The translations under genes and the position numbers were made by a program. Below the pieces are notes generated by a model. That model made no database searches and was not told the origin of the DNA. It was given only the letters and a program-made list of their open reading frames with translations. 64,000 nucleotides of DNA from Vulcanimicrobiota bacterium (lineage in GTDB: Bacteria; Vulcanimicrobiota; Vulcanimicrobiia; Vulcanimicrobiales; Vulcanimicrobiaceae), in the NCBI GenBank assembly GCA_963820825.1, contig CAWGBN010000007.1, positions 256,001 through 320,000 of the forward strand, in the 5' to 3' direction. Positions 20,025-28,333 of this stretch are shown piece after piece. Numbering within the stretch: the stretch's first letter is position 1; each line of letters begins with the position of its first letter.

Positions 20025-20784
20025 ATTGCGGCTTGATGGAGTAGTGGTCGGTAATCTGTAATCCCGACGGGCTCGATTCGACGGTGAACGTTACGTAGTA
20101 CTCGCCGCTGGTCGTTTGCACGTCGGCCGTCACTTGGTACTGCTGAGATCCGACTTTGGCCGATCGCAACGATTGGATCTGCGCCTGCTGGTTCATGAAA
20201 CTCTCGCTCGGGGATCCATGCGCGAGATAGGTTGACGCGGTTGCGCGGTCGCCGCGCGCCAGCGCGTGCAGGTACGAGCGGACGAGTGCGGTCGCCTGGT
20301 CTTCGCTCCGCGCCGCTACGGTGCTCGCCGGGGCCGGCGTCCTCGCCGGCGGGGCGGGCGTTTTCGCCGGCGGCGCAGTCGCGGCCACGTGCACCGGCGT
20401 TGCGCTGCTCGCGGGCGAAGGCCGCACGGCGGCCGAGATGGTGGGCGCTACGCTTGGAGTCGCGGCCGGCCTCGCGCTAGGCGTCACGCTCGGCATTGTG
20501 CTCGGCGTCGCGCTGGGTGTTACCGTCGGCGCCGGCTTCGCCGTGCGCGACGGCGTCGGTGCCAGGGTCGGCGCGGACGCGACGTACGGCGTCTCGGTGG
20601 GTGAGGGCATCGCTGCCGCGACGGGCGGCGGCGAGGCCGCCGGCGTCGTGTTACCCCCGAAGAAGTGCGCGAGCGCGCCGCCGAGGAGCAGTCCAGCCAA
20701 GATAACGACGATGACGAGCGGAACGAGCGGAAGTCCGCCTCGGGAATCGTCGTCGGATCGACGACGCCGGCGTTGATCGCTCAG
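20023..20784 (-). CDS. Hypothetical single-pass membrane protein with Pro/Thr/Ser-rich linker and small C-terminal domain
   Basis: Frame open upstream of annotated TTG, giving RRRRRSDDD then TM LPLVPLVIVVILAG; start uncertain (CTG 20784). Confidence 0.6.
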   Translation of the reverse strand: MSDQRRRRRSDDDSRGGLPLVPLVIVVILAGLLLGGALAHFFGGNTTPAASPPPVAAAMPSPTETPYVASAPTLAPTPSRTAKPAPTVTPSATPSTMPSVTPSARPAATPSVAPTISAAVRPSPASSATPVHVAATAPPAKTPAPPARTPAPASTVAARSEDQATALVRSYLHALARGDRATASTYLAHGSPSESFMNQQAQIQSLRSAKVGSQQYQVTADVQTTSGEYYVTFTVESSPSGLQITDHYSIKPQ

Positions 20785-20794
20785 GTCGACACCG

Positions 20795-21205
20795 CTATTG
20801 CAGCGTGCGCGTCAAGCGCTCCGCCAGGGCTTCGCGAAGTGTCGGGGGCAGTGCGGCGACGACGTCGGGACGCTGCTGGACGAAGGTCGCCGTCGCTTCC
20901 TTGAGGATATCGGGATTCGTGCGAGCGTACGCGAGCAGCGCGCCGAGCGCGCCGGCTTCGTGCCGGGAGATTCCGTCGAGCGTGGTGCCTGCGCCCTCCG
21001 CGGCGTCCTCGGACGATTCGCCCCGATCGCGAAACGCCTCAAAGAGCGCGCCGACAAACGCGTCGACGATCTCCGACGGCATCGCCGAAAGCTCGCGTTC
21101 GTAGAAGGCGGCGAGATCGGTCTCGTCCATCTTCGCGAGAAGCTTCTCGACTGCACCGGCCAACATGTCGGGCGGTACGTTCCCGAAGGACATTGGCCCA
21201 ACCAT
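20795..21205 (-). CDS. Hypothetical acidic helical protein
   Basis: Coding-like composition; fits gene spacing. Confidence 0.55.
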   Translation of the reverse strand: MVGPMSFGNVPPDMLAGAVEKLLAKMDETDLAAFYERELSAMPSEIVDAFVGALFEAFRDRGESSEDAAEGAGTTLDGISRHEAGALGALLAYARTNPDILKEATATFVQQRPDVVAALPPTLREALAERLTRTLQ

Positions 21206-21254
21206 TTATCCCCGGCGGCAGGCAGCTCCTCGATGCGGCAGAAAAAGTCACTCG

Positions 21255-21572
21255 ATGATCCGCGTGAAGGTGCCGGTGGACCTGCACGCCGTCTCGATCG
21301 GCGGCTCGGGCGTCTTCGCGCTCGCGACACCGGTGCGCGTCCGCGACCTGCTGCACTTTGCCGTTCGCGAGTCAATCGGCTCGCGGGCACCATATGATAA
21401 ATTCTTACGAAGCGTCCGCCGCACGCTTGCCGGGCTCGCGGCCGGAGACTTCATCGTCGACATTAACGGCCGCTACTTCTCCGATGCCGAGACGGTCGTC
21501 GTGTGCGAGGGAACGGCCGATATACGCTTCTTCTTGACGACGCGGCGTCGTCCGGCGCTCCGCCGACGGTAA
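21255..21572 (+). CDS. Hypothetical small protein, possible beta-grasp fold
   Basis: MIRVKVP...FIVDINGRYFSD...DIRFF. Confidence 0.5.
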   Translation: MIRVKVPVDLHAVSIGGSGVFALATPVRVRDLLHFAVRESIGSRAPYDKFLRSVRRTLAGLAAGDFIVDINGRYFSDAETVVVCEGTADIRFFLTTRRRPALRRR

Positions 21573-21642
21573 TGCTCGTAGCCCGCTCTTGCAACGGGTG
21601 ATACTGTAGAAGAAAAGATTCGCGCAAGAAACGGAGCTCACA

Positions 21643-22428
21643 ATCAAACTCGCCGTCGCCCTGGTTGCCGTGTTTTTGTCGGTGGCCGGAACGGCTTCTG
21701 CCGACGTGCGGTACGCGACGTCCGGTGAAGACCTTTATCGCATTCAAGCCGCCGGTACGTTCTCGAAGGTTACCTACGCCGGCACCGAGCGGCTCGACGT
21801 TCAACCGCAGGGCAAGGCTTGGCGCTTTGAAGCGCGGGCCCGCTATACGCGCGATGGGCCCGATGGGAAGGAGCACGCCCAGGCGCGCTTCGTCCAGCTC
21901 CTCGCGCCCGACGGCACGTTCGAGGACCGCGTCGACGACGACCCCGACTTCCTAACGATTCTCAACCAGCCGTTTGCGGTGAAGCTCGACGCACCGACGC
22001 TGCACGACCTACGAGTCCTCCACGGAGCGGTTCCCTTTTCGGCGACTTCGCCGCTGGGAGCGCAGGCCGTGCTCCGCGGATACTTGCGCCCGGCGACCGG
22101 CGGACCGATCGACGGTCGCCCGTGCGTCGCCGTGCGCTTCGAAGCCGACGGCGCGATGACGGGCCCGCTCCCCGGATACGCCGAGATGCTCGTCTCGGGC
22201 ACCATGCGGATGGATGGAACGGCGTACTACGCACTCGACGATGCGATGCTCTTGGGTTTGAACGTCGCGCTGACGCTCGACGCGCGGCTGGCCGAAGGCC
22301 GGCCCGCGGTCTCGGTACCGGTGCGTATCGTTTACCGGCGTGCGATCAGAGCGACCGCGAGCGCTAAAACGCTCCCACCAACTCCACTTGCAAAGGGTGC
22401 CGGAACGGTTCCTCCCGCATCTCCGTAA
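21643..22428 (+). CDS. Hypothetical secreted protein
   Basis: Full signal peptide xKLAVALVAVFLSVAGTASA only if started at ATC 21643 after GGAG. Confidence 0.6.
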   Translation: MKLAVALVAVFLSVAGTASADVRYATSGEDLYRIQAAGTFSKVTYAGTERLDVQPQGKAWRFEARARYTRDGPDGKEHAQARFVQLLAPDGTFEDRVDDDPDFLTILNQPFAVKLDAPTLHDLRVLHGAVPFSATSPLGAQAVLRGYLRPATGGPIDGRPCVAVRFEADGAMTGPLPGYAEMLVSGTMRMDGTAYYALDDAMLLGLNVALTLDARLAEGRPAVSVPVRIVYRRAIRATASAKTLPPTPLAKGAGTVPPASP

Positions 22429-22765
22429 GCGGCGTGAATGCCAGGTGGTTCTGATGGCAGTCGATGAGCATCTCGATGCCGCGCTTGACGCACCCGGTCT
22501 CCTCGACGTATTTGGTGAGCTTCTTCTTGAAGTAAGCGCGCGGGTCGCGCAGCACTTTCGCGTAGTACGGGTCGTCGGTTAAACCCGCGGGATCGACGCC
22601 TTCTTTTGGAACCAGCCACACGAACCACGGATCCTCGCTCTGCCGGTAACCGATGAGTGCGAGCGGGATCGCTCGCGCGGACTTAATGTCCGGTAAAAAA
22701 CTACACATCGTGTAGGCATCTAGCGAGATCTCCGTAGGCTCGATCGCTTGCTGCATAGACCGCAC
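22364..22765 (-). CDS. Hypothetical protein, weak DUF3037-like N-terminus
   Basis: YTMCSFLPDIKSARAIPLALIG; overlaps the 3' end of the convergent gene. Confidence 0.5.
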   Translation of the reverse strand: MRSMQQAIEPTEISLDAYTMCSFLPDIKSARAIPLALIGYRQSEDPWFVWLVPKEGVDPAGLTDDPYYAKVLRDPRAYFKKKLTKYVEETGCVKRGIEMLIDCHQNHLAFTPLTEMREEPFRHPLQVELVGAF

Positions 22766-22787
22766 CTTTCATTCCATCAGACGAGCG

Positions 22788-22826
22788 CAAAGAAAAACCG
22801 CTTGACTCTTACGAGCGAAGCGGCTT
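22788..22826 (-). terminator. Intrinsic terminator just upstream of the 22765 gene
   Basis: Minus strand AGCCGCTT-cgCTCgtaaGAGtc-AAGCGGTT-TTTCTTT. Confidence 0.6.
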
Positions 22827-22912
22827 CACGGTACCGGCGGGCGAGGGGCCCTGAGCGAGAGCGGCATGCCGACCGATTAGGAACCCCCGGCTAAACCCCT
22901 TCACCCCATTGG

Positions 22913-23044
22913 TGTCATCCTTGAGCGCAGCGAGCAAAGCGAGCGGAGTCGAGGGGCTGAGCGCAGCGCCGCCCTACTCTTTGTCATCCTGAGCGAAGCG
23001 CCCTAGGCGCGGAGTCGAAGGGCGAGGGCGAAGGGCAAAGGAGC
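22913..23044 (+). repeat. Cluster of REP-like TGTCATCCTGAGCG...GGAGTCGA(A/G)GGG elements
   Basis: Copies at 22913-22956 and 22982-23022, partial CTGAGCGCAGCG at 22957, then GAAGGGC-like tandem units. Confidence 0.7.
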
Positions 23045-23110
23045 GCGGGCGGGGAGTTTTTTGGGAGAGCGTGAAACCTCGGCCCGAGCAGTGGTGGTCC
23101 GGTGCACTGT

Positions 23111-23779
23111 ATGAGCGCGCTCGCACCACTCCTTACGGGAGTACACGTGCCAACAGCGACGACGCCCGGGCGGACCGCGGCGACGCGGGCCCCGGCCGAT
23201 TCCACACCGAGCGTAGCGAACTTCGACCGGATCGTCGACGATTACCAGCGCCGCCTCTACGGTTTCGCGCTGCGAATGACCGGAAATCGCGAGGACGCCG
23301 AAGAGATCGTGCAGGACGCCTTCGTGCGCGCCTACCGCGCGCTTGGAAAGATGTCCGCGGAACAACGGGTCGACCTCCGTCTGCAGCCCTGGCTCTATAC
23401 CATCACGTTGAACGTGACGCGTAACCGCTTGCGGACCAAGCGGCCGTCGAACGTGGCGCTCGACGCTCTGGCCGACCCCGACGCGCTCCTGCGCGAATCG
23501 CACGAAGGCCCGCCGCAACCCGAGGCGATCGTCGAACAGAATACCGAGATCGCGCTGGTCGAGCGAGCGCTTCTTCAGCTTCCGATGCACCTTCGAGCCG
23601 CAGCAACGCTGCGATTCATCGAAGGGCGCAGTCATCCGGAGATTGCCGAGATTCTCAACCAACCGATCGGCACGGTTAAGTCCCACGTCCATCGAGCCGT
23701 GCGCATTCTGCGGCGCATTCTCGGCCCCCAAATCGGACGTTTTGCCCCCGAAGGAGTCCCCCAACATGCGTTGTCGTGA
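23111..23779 (+). CDS. ECF (sigma-70 group 4) RNA polymerase sigma factor
   Basis: DAEEIVQDAFVRAY, WLYTITLN (region 2); EIAEILNQPIGTVKSHVHRA (region 4). Confidence 0.92.
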   Translation: MSALAPLLTGVHVPTATTPGRTAATRAPADSTPSVANFDRIVDDYQRRLYGFALRMTGNREDAEEIVQDAFVRAYRALGKMSAEQRVDLRLQPWLYTITLNVTRNRLRTKRPSNVALDALADPDALLRESHEGPPQPEAIVEQNTEIALVERALLQLPMHLRAAATLRFIEGRSHPEIAEILNQPIGTVKSHVHRAVRILRRILGPQIGRFAPEGVPQHALS

Positions 23780-24494
23780 CGTCGAGGCGCTCTGGGACGA
23801 GCTTCGTGGCGAGTGCCAAGCCTCGCTCAAGGAGACCGTTCACAGCCACCTGCGCGCGTGCCCATCTTGCCAAGTGATGTACGAGCAATACGAAGGCGTC
23901 GCATACTGCCTCTCGTCGCTGCCGCGTCCCGAGCCGTCGTGCGATCTCGCAAAGAAGGTCGTCCATCACATCGCCGCCCAGAAGGGCCGGGCCTATCCAA
24001 TCGCGCTCGCCGCGCTCACCACGCCGATCGGGCAGCTCTACGTCGGCTTCAAGTGCGACCGCATCGCATATCTGAGCCTCGACACCGGCGAATCGCTCAA
24101 CGAGGTGATCGCACGAGCCGAGCGCCGGCTGCACCGGCGCGTCGTGGAAGGCGAGGCCCCGGCTTGGGTCGTGCGTGCGCTCGATCGTTTCTTCAACACC
24201 TGGACCCTCGAGGACGCGCTGCTCGACATCAGCGATCTCACGCCGTTCGAGCAGGCCGCGCTTCGCGCGGCGGCGCGCATTCCGCCCGGAGAGGTGCGCT
24301 CCTATGCGTGGGTTGCAACGCAGATCGGACGGCCAAACGCCGCGCGCGCCGTCGGCCGCGTCATGGCGCGCAATCCGCTTCCGCTACTCTTTCCGTGCCA
24401 CCGCGTCGTCGATTCGTCGGGCGATCTGCACGATTATTATTACGGAGTCGAGATGAAAGCTCGTCTTCTCCAGATGGAGGGCTACCGGGGCTAG
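23766..24494 (+). CDS. zf-HC2/ZAS anti-sigma domain fused to O6-alkylguanine-DNA alkyltransferase (Ogt/MGMT)
   Basis: MRC...HLRACPSC (C-x-HxxxCxxC); IPPGEVRSY, ARAVG, NPLPLLFPCHRVV. Confidence 0.9.
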   Translation: MRCRDVEALWDELRGECQASLKETVHSHLRACPSCQVMYEQYEGVAYCLSSLPRPEPSCDLAKKVVHHIAAQKGRAYPIALAALTTPIGQLYVGFKCDRIAYLSLDTGESLNEVIARAERRLHRRVVEGEAPAWVVRALDRFFNTWTLEDALLDISDLTPFEQAALRAAARIPPGEVRSYAWVATQIGRPNAARAVGRVMARNPLPLLFPCHRVVDSSGDLHDYYYGVEMKARLLQMEGYRG

Positions 24495-24512
24495 ACGCCA
24501 ACCTTAGCGAAG

Positions 24513-26087
24513 GTGGCGAATCTGGATCCTAGAATCGCGGCCATTCCCGACGTGCACGGCCATGCCAAGGGCGAGCACCGGCCGTACACCGAGGAACGAC
24601 CGATCGCGTACTCGGCGCGAATGCTCTTTCTTTGGTTCTACCACGCCTGCCGCCGCGACTCGCCGCGGTTCCTCATGGTCGCCGACCATGCGAACTACCT
24701 AACCTTCGAAGACCCCGGTGCCGTCAATACGGTCCGCCGCGCGCTGAACCTCGCGCAAGCCGGCGACCTGCTCGGCGCGGCCGAGACCGCCGGCGTCGAC
24801 ATCGGGCACGCGGCGGTCGTCTCCGAAGGGCTGCGCCGGGGCATGCGTTTCTCGATCGGCGCGGAGATGGATAACGACCCGCGCGCCCGCCCCGACGCGC
24901 AGAACATCATCGATGCGTTGCGCCCCGACGGAATCATCCGCTCGGTGCACTTCGTCCCCATCCAGCATCCCGAGAAGGGAGCCGATTGGCTCTGGCCCTT
25001 CGACAACGAGGAGTTCAGCGGGCTCTCCGAGATCGTCGGGACGGAGAAGCTCTGGGAACTCTACATAACCCGGCTGCTCGACGATCTCGAAAAACTGCCG
25101 GCGCACGTCGTCGGCCATTTTTACGTGCCGGCCGTCTTCGGGCGCTGGCCCGCCCAGAAGAAGCTCGAAGAGTACGAAGACCGCATGCTCGACGTGGCGC
25201 ACCGCCGCGGCCTGGCCGTCGAGGTCAACACGCGCTTCCTCTATCGCGATCATCCCGAGGAGCGGGTGAAGAAATACCTCGAGGCCAACGCGCGCCTCGT
25301 TCGCAAAGCGAAGGCGCGCGGCGTCGGAATAGCGATCGGCTCCGACGCGCATAGCCCGAAGGATCAGGGCAACGGCTTTGACGTCATCCTCAAGCTCCTC
25401 GACGACGCGCGAATCAACGAAGTCGTCTTCCCCGTCGCAGGGCGTTTAGCGCGCGTGGCGCTGCGCGCAACCCGCGAGCATCTCGAAGCGGAGGCGCAAG
25501 CCCGACGCCAGTCGAGCGCTCCGGGAAGCAGCATCACCGGCTATAGCCGCGCCGAGCTGGGACTTCCCGAAGAGGCCGAGGCCGCGGCGCGCGCCGGCGG
25601 CCGTGCAACGCGTGAGGCCGGGCCGAAGAAACGGGCCAGCGATTCGTCCCGCCCCTCGAAACGCACCGGAGCGGCTGCGCCGCCGAGCGCGAGCACCTCG
25701 CGCCGTAGCGCCGATTCGTCTTCGTCCGCCTCAAAAGCGAAGGCGGCCCGCGTCGCGAAGCCCGCACCCGCGCCGAAGAAGAAAAAGCCGGCGGTGAAAG
25801 CGCCCGCAACTCGCCCAGTCGCGGCGAAGAAATCGTCGCCGAAACGCGAGCCGGTGCGCAAGAAGACGGCGGCTGCGAAGAAACCGCCGATCAAGAAGCC
25901 GGTCGCCAAGAAGCCCGCGACCAAAAAACCCGCGGTCAAGAAGGCTTCGGCCAAGAAACCGCCGGCAGCGAAGAAAGCCGCCGCCAAGAAGCCGGCGGCG
26001 CGCAAGGCTCCAACGGCGCTACGGCCTAAAGCCGGGTACGCGAAGAAGAGCGTCAAAAAGAAGAAACCCGCGGCGAAGCGCCGCTAG
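24513..26087 (+). CDS. PHP-domain phosphoesterase (HisK-like) with long Lys/Ala/Pro-rich histone-H1-like C-terminal tail
   Basis: DVHGH, ADHA, GAEMD, SVHF, GHF, EVNT, GSDAH; tail of AKKP/KKPA repeats. Confidence 0.8.
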   Translation: MANLDPRIAAIPDVHGHAKGEHRPYTEERPIAYSARMLFLWFYHACRRDSPRFLMVADHANYLTFEDPGAVNTVRRALNLAQAGDLLGAAETAGVDIGHAAVVSEGLRRGMRFSIGAEMDNDPRARPDAQNIIDALRPDGIIRSVHFVPIQHPEKGADWLWPFDNEEFSGLSEIVGTEKLWELYITRLLDDLEKLPAHVVGHFYVPAVFGRWPAQKKLEEYEDRMLDVAHRRGLAVEVNTRFLYRDHPEERVKKYLEANARLVRKAKARGVGIAIGSDAHSPKDQGNGFDVILKLLDDARINEVVFPVAGRLARVALRATREHLEAEAQARRQSSAPGSSITGYSRAELGLPEEAEAAARAGGRATREAGPKKRASDSSRPSKRTGAAAPPSASTSRRSADSSSSASKAKAARVAKPAPAPKKKKPAVKAPATRPVAAKKSSPKREPVRKKTAAAKKPPIKKPVAKKPATKKPAVKKASAKKPPAAKKAAAKKPAARKAPTALRPKAGYAKKSVKKKKPAAKRR

Positions 26088-26116
26088 CAACCATTTTCTC
26101 TATAGGGGACAAGGCA

Positions 26117-28162
26117 TTGGCGGATATCGAGCGCCTCAGGAATATCGCTTTCGTCGGACCGCACCACGCGGGGAAGACGACCCTCGTCGAGGCGATCCTC
26201 GCTCACACCGGAGCGATCAGTCGACGCGGCTCGATCGCCGATGGGACGACCGTCACGGATCACGAGCCCGAGGATACTGCTCATCTGCAATCCACGACCG
26301 TCGGCCTCGCCCACACCGCCGACGAAGGCATCGACATCACGATCGTAGACGCACCCGGCTTCGTCGATTTCTTCGAAGAGACGAAACAGGCACTGGCCGG
26401 CGTCGATGCGGCCGTCGTCGTTATCGAGGCCGATCCGGGCCGAATCGTTCAAACGCAAGCGATCCTCGACCATCTCGAATCGATGCAGATGCCGCACATC
26501 TTCGTCGTCAACAAGATGGATCGGCCCGGAGCCGATTTCGCGGGCACGCTTGCGGCATTGCAGAACGCGTACGGGCGGCACGTCGTTGCCGAACAACTGC
26601 CGCTCGGCAGCGCCGAGCATTTCAGCGGCTACGTCGATCTCGCAAAAATGACGGCCTTCAGATTCGCCCCGGAGTCGGGCGGCGACAAGGAAGAAGCAAC
26701 TCCCGCCGAGGCGACCGCGCAAGCGCAGCAGCTGCACGTCGAGCTGCTCGAGGCGATGGCCGATTTCGACGACCACCTGATGGAAGAGTTGCTCGAGGGC
26801 GTCGAACCGCCGTTTGAAGAGATCGAGCGCGACCTCTGCAGCGAGTGCTCGCACGATCAAGTCGTTCCGGTACTGGTCGCGGCAGGCGCGTCGGGAGCCG
26901 GAGTCGCGGCGCTCGTGCGCGCGATCGAGAAATGGTTTCCCTCGCCCGCGGATGCGCCGTTCACCGATGCGGAGGGGCGTCCGATCGCGCCCGACCCGAG
27001 CGCGCCGGTCATTGCCCGCATCATCAAGACGGCGATCCATCCGCAGAGTGGAAAGCTCTCGATTGCGCGCGTGCTCTCCGGAACGATCAAAGCCGACGCG
27101 ACGCTGACCAACGTCAGCAAGCGCGACGAGAAGGTCCGGCTCGGCGGCCTCTATCGGCTTCAAGGCAAGAAACAGGAGGCGATTGCCGAGGCGGGACCCG
27201 GAACGATCGTCGCGCTGGCGCGCCTCGACTCGGTATCCACCGGTGACACGCTTACCTCGAACGGTCATAAGGTGCTGCTCCCCCGCGTCCCGGTTGCGGA
27301 ACCGGTCTTCGCCGTTGCAATCAAACCGAAGGAGCGCATCGACGAGGCCAAGATCTCGACGATGCTCGCCCGCATCGTCGACGAGGATCCGGCGCTTCGG
27401 CTCGGCCGCGCCGACGTAACGCACGAGCTGCTCTTACTCGGCTGCGGCGAACAGCACGTCGCCATCGCCGTCGAGCGTCTGGCCCGCAAGTATAAGGTCG
27501 AAGTCGAAACGGCCGCCCCGACGATCCCCTACCAGGAGACGATCACCGGCGGAACCGAGATACACTCGCGCTACAAGCACCAGACCGGCGGCCACGGCCA
27601 ATTCGGCGACGTGTGGCTTCGATTCGAACCGCGCGAACGCGGCGCCGGCGTCACCTTCGAGGAGAAGATCGTCGGCGGCGTCGTCCCGCGTCAGTTCATC
27701 CCCGCGGTCGAGAAAGGCGTGCGCGAAGCGTTGCTGCACGGCGCGAGCGGTTACCCCGTCACCGATCTGCACGTAACGCTCTTCGACGGCCAGTACCACG
27801 ACGTCGATTCCAGCGAGATGTCGTTTAAAACGGCGGCCGGCATGGGCGTACGCGAAGCGCTTCCGAAATGCAATCCGGTCGTGCTCGAACCGATCGCGCA
27901 CGTGACGGTGACGGTTCCGACCATCCACACCTCGACGGTCATTCAGCAGCTCACCGGCAAGCGCGGTCAGATCCTCGGCATGAACCCGGCCGATAATCGC
28001 ACGGGCGTCGACGTCGTGGAAGCCTACGTTCCCGCCGTCGAGCTCTCGCGCTACATCACCGAGCTTCGCACCGCAACGCAAGGTCTCGGCACCTACAGCT
28101 GGCGCCACGAGCGCTACGACCCGGTACCCGGCAACAGAGTCGCACCGAAAGCCGCCGTGTGA
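26117..28162 (+). CDS. Elongation factor G paralog (EF-G2-like)
   Basis: GPHHAGKTT, DAPGF, NKMD, KHQTGGHGQFG, YHDVDSSEMSF; not in str operon. Confidence 0.9.
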   Translation: MADIERLRNIAFVGPHHAGKTTLVEAILAHTGAISRRGSIADGTTVTDHEPEDTAHLQSTTVGLAHTADEGIDITIVDAPGFVDFFEETKQALAGVDAAVVVIEADPGRIVQTQAILDHLESMQMPHIFVVNKMDRPGADFAGTLAALQNAYGRHVVAEQLPLGSAEHFSGYVDLAKMTAFRFAPESGGDKEEATPAEATAQAQQLHVELLEAMADFDDHLMEELLEGVEPPFEEIERDLCSECSHDQVVPVLVAAGASGAGVAALVRAIEKWFPSPADAPFTDAEGRPIAPDPSAPVIARIIKTAIHPQSGKLSIARVLSGTIKADATLTNVSKRDEKVRLGGLYRLQGKKQEAIAEAGPGTIVALARLDSVSTGDTLTSNGHKVLLPRVPVAEPVFAVAIKPKERIDEAKISTMLARIVDEDPALRLGRADVTHELLLLGCGEQHVAIAVERLARKYKVEVETAAPTIPYQETITGGTEIHSRYKHQTGGHGQFGDVWLRFEPRERGAGVTFEEKIVGGVVPRQFIPAVEKGVREALLHGASGYPVTDLHVTLFDGQYHDVDSSEMSFKTAAGMGVREALPKCNPVVLEPIAHVTVTVPTIHTSTVIQQLTGKRGQILGMNPADNRTGVDVVEAYVPAVELSRYITELRTATQGLGTYSWRHERYDPVPGNRVAPKAAV

Positions 28163-28175
28163 TCCTCCGGTTTTC

Positions 28176-28328
28176 GGCGCGGATCACGTGGTGCTTGGAC
28201 CGCTCGTCGCTCCACCTCAATGTTCCGCTCCGGCTGCGCCGCCCTCGCGCCACCCGCTAAGGAGAATTTTCCGACATCCTGTCAACGGCGCTCGGGTCGG
28301 AGCCCCTGCGCACCACGTAACCCGCGCC
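28176..28328 (-). ncRNA. Candidate ~150-nt structured RNA
   Basis: 19-bp closing inverted repeat whose two mismatches become G-U on the minus strand; nested inner stems. Confidence 0.4.
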
Positions 28329-28333
28329 TCGAC

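Noticed and set aside
22885..22910. GGGGTGAAGGGG resembling a tmRNA 5' end
   Set aside because: No TTCGAC motif, tag ORF or tRNA-like 3' end
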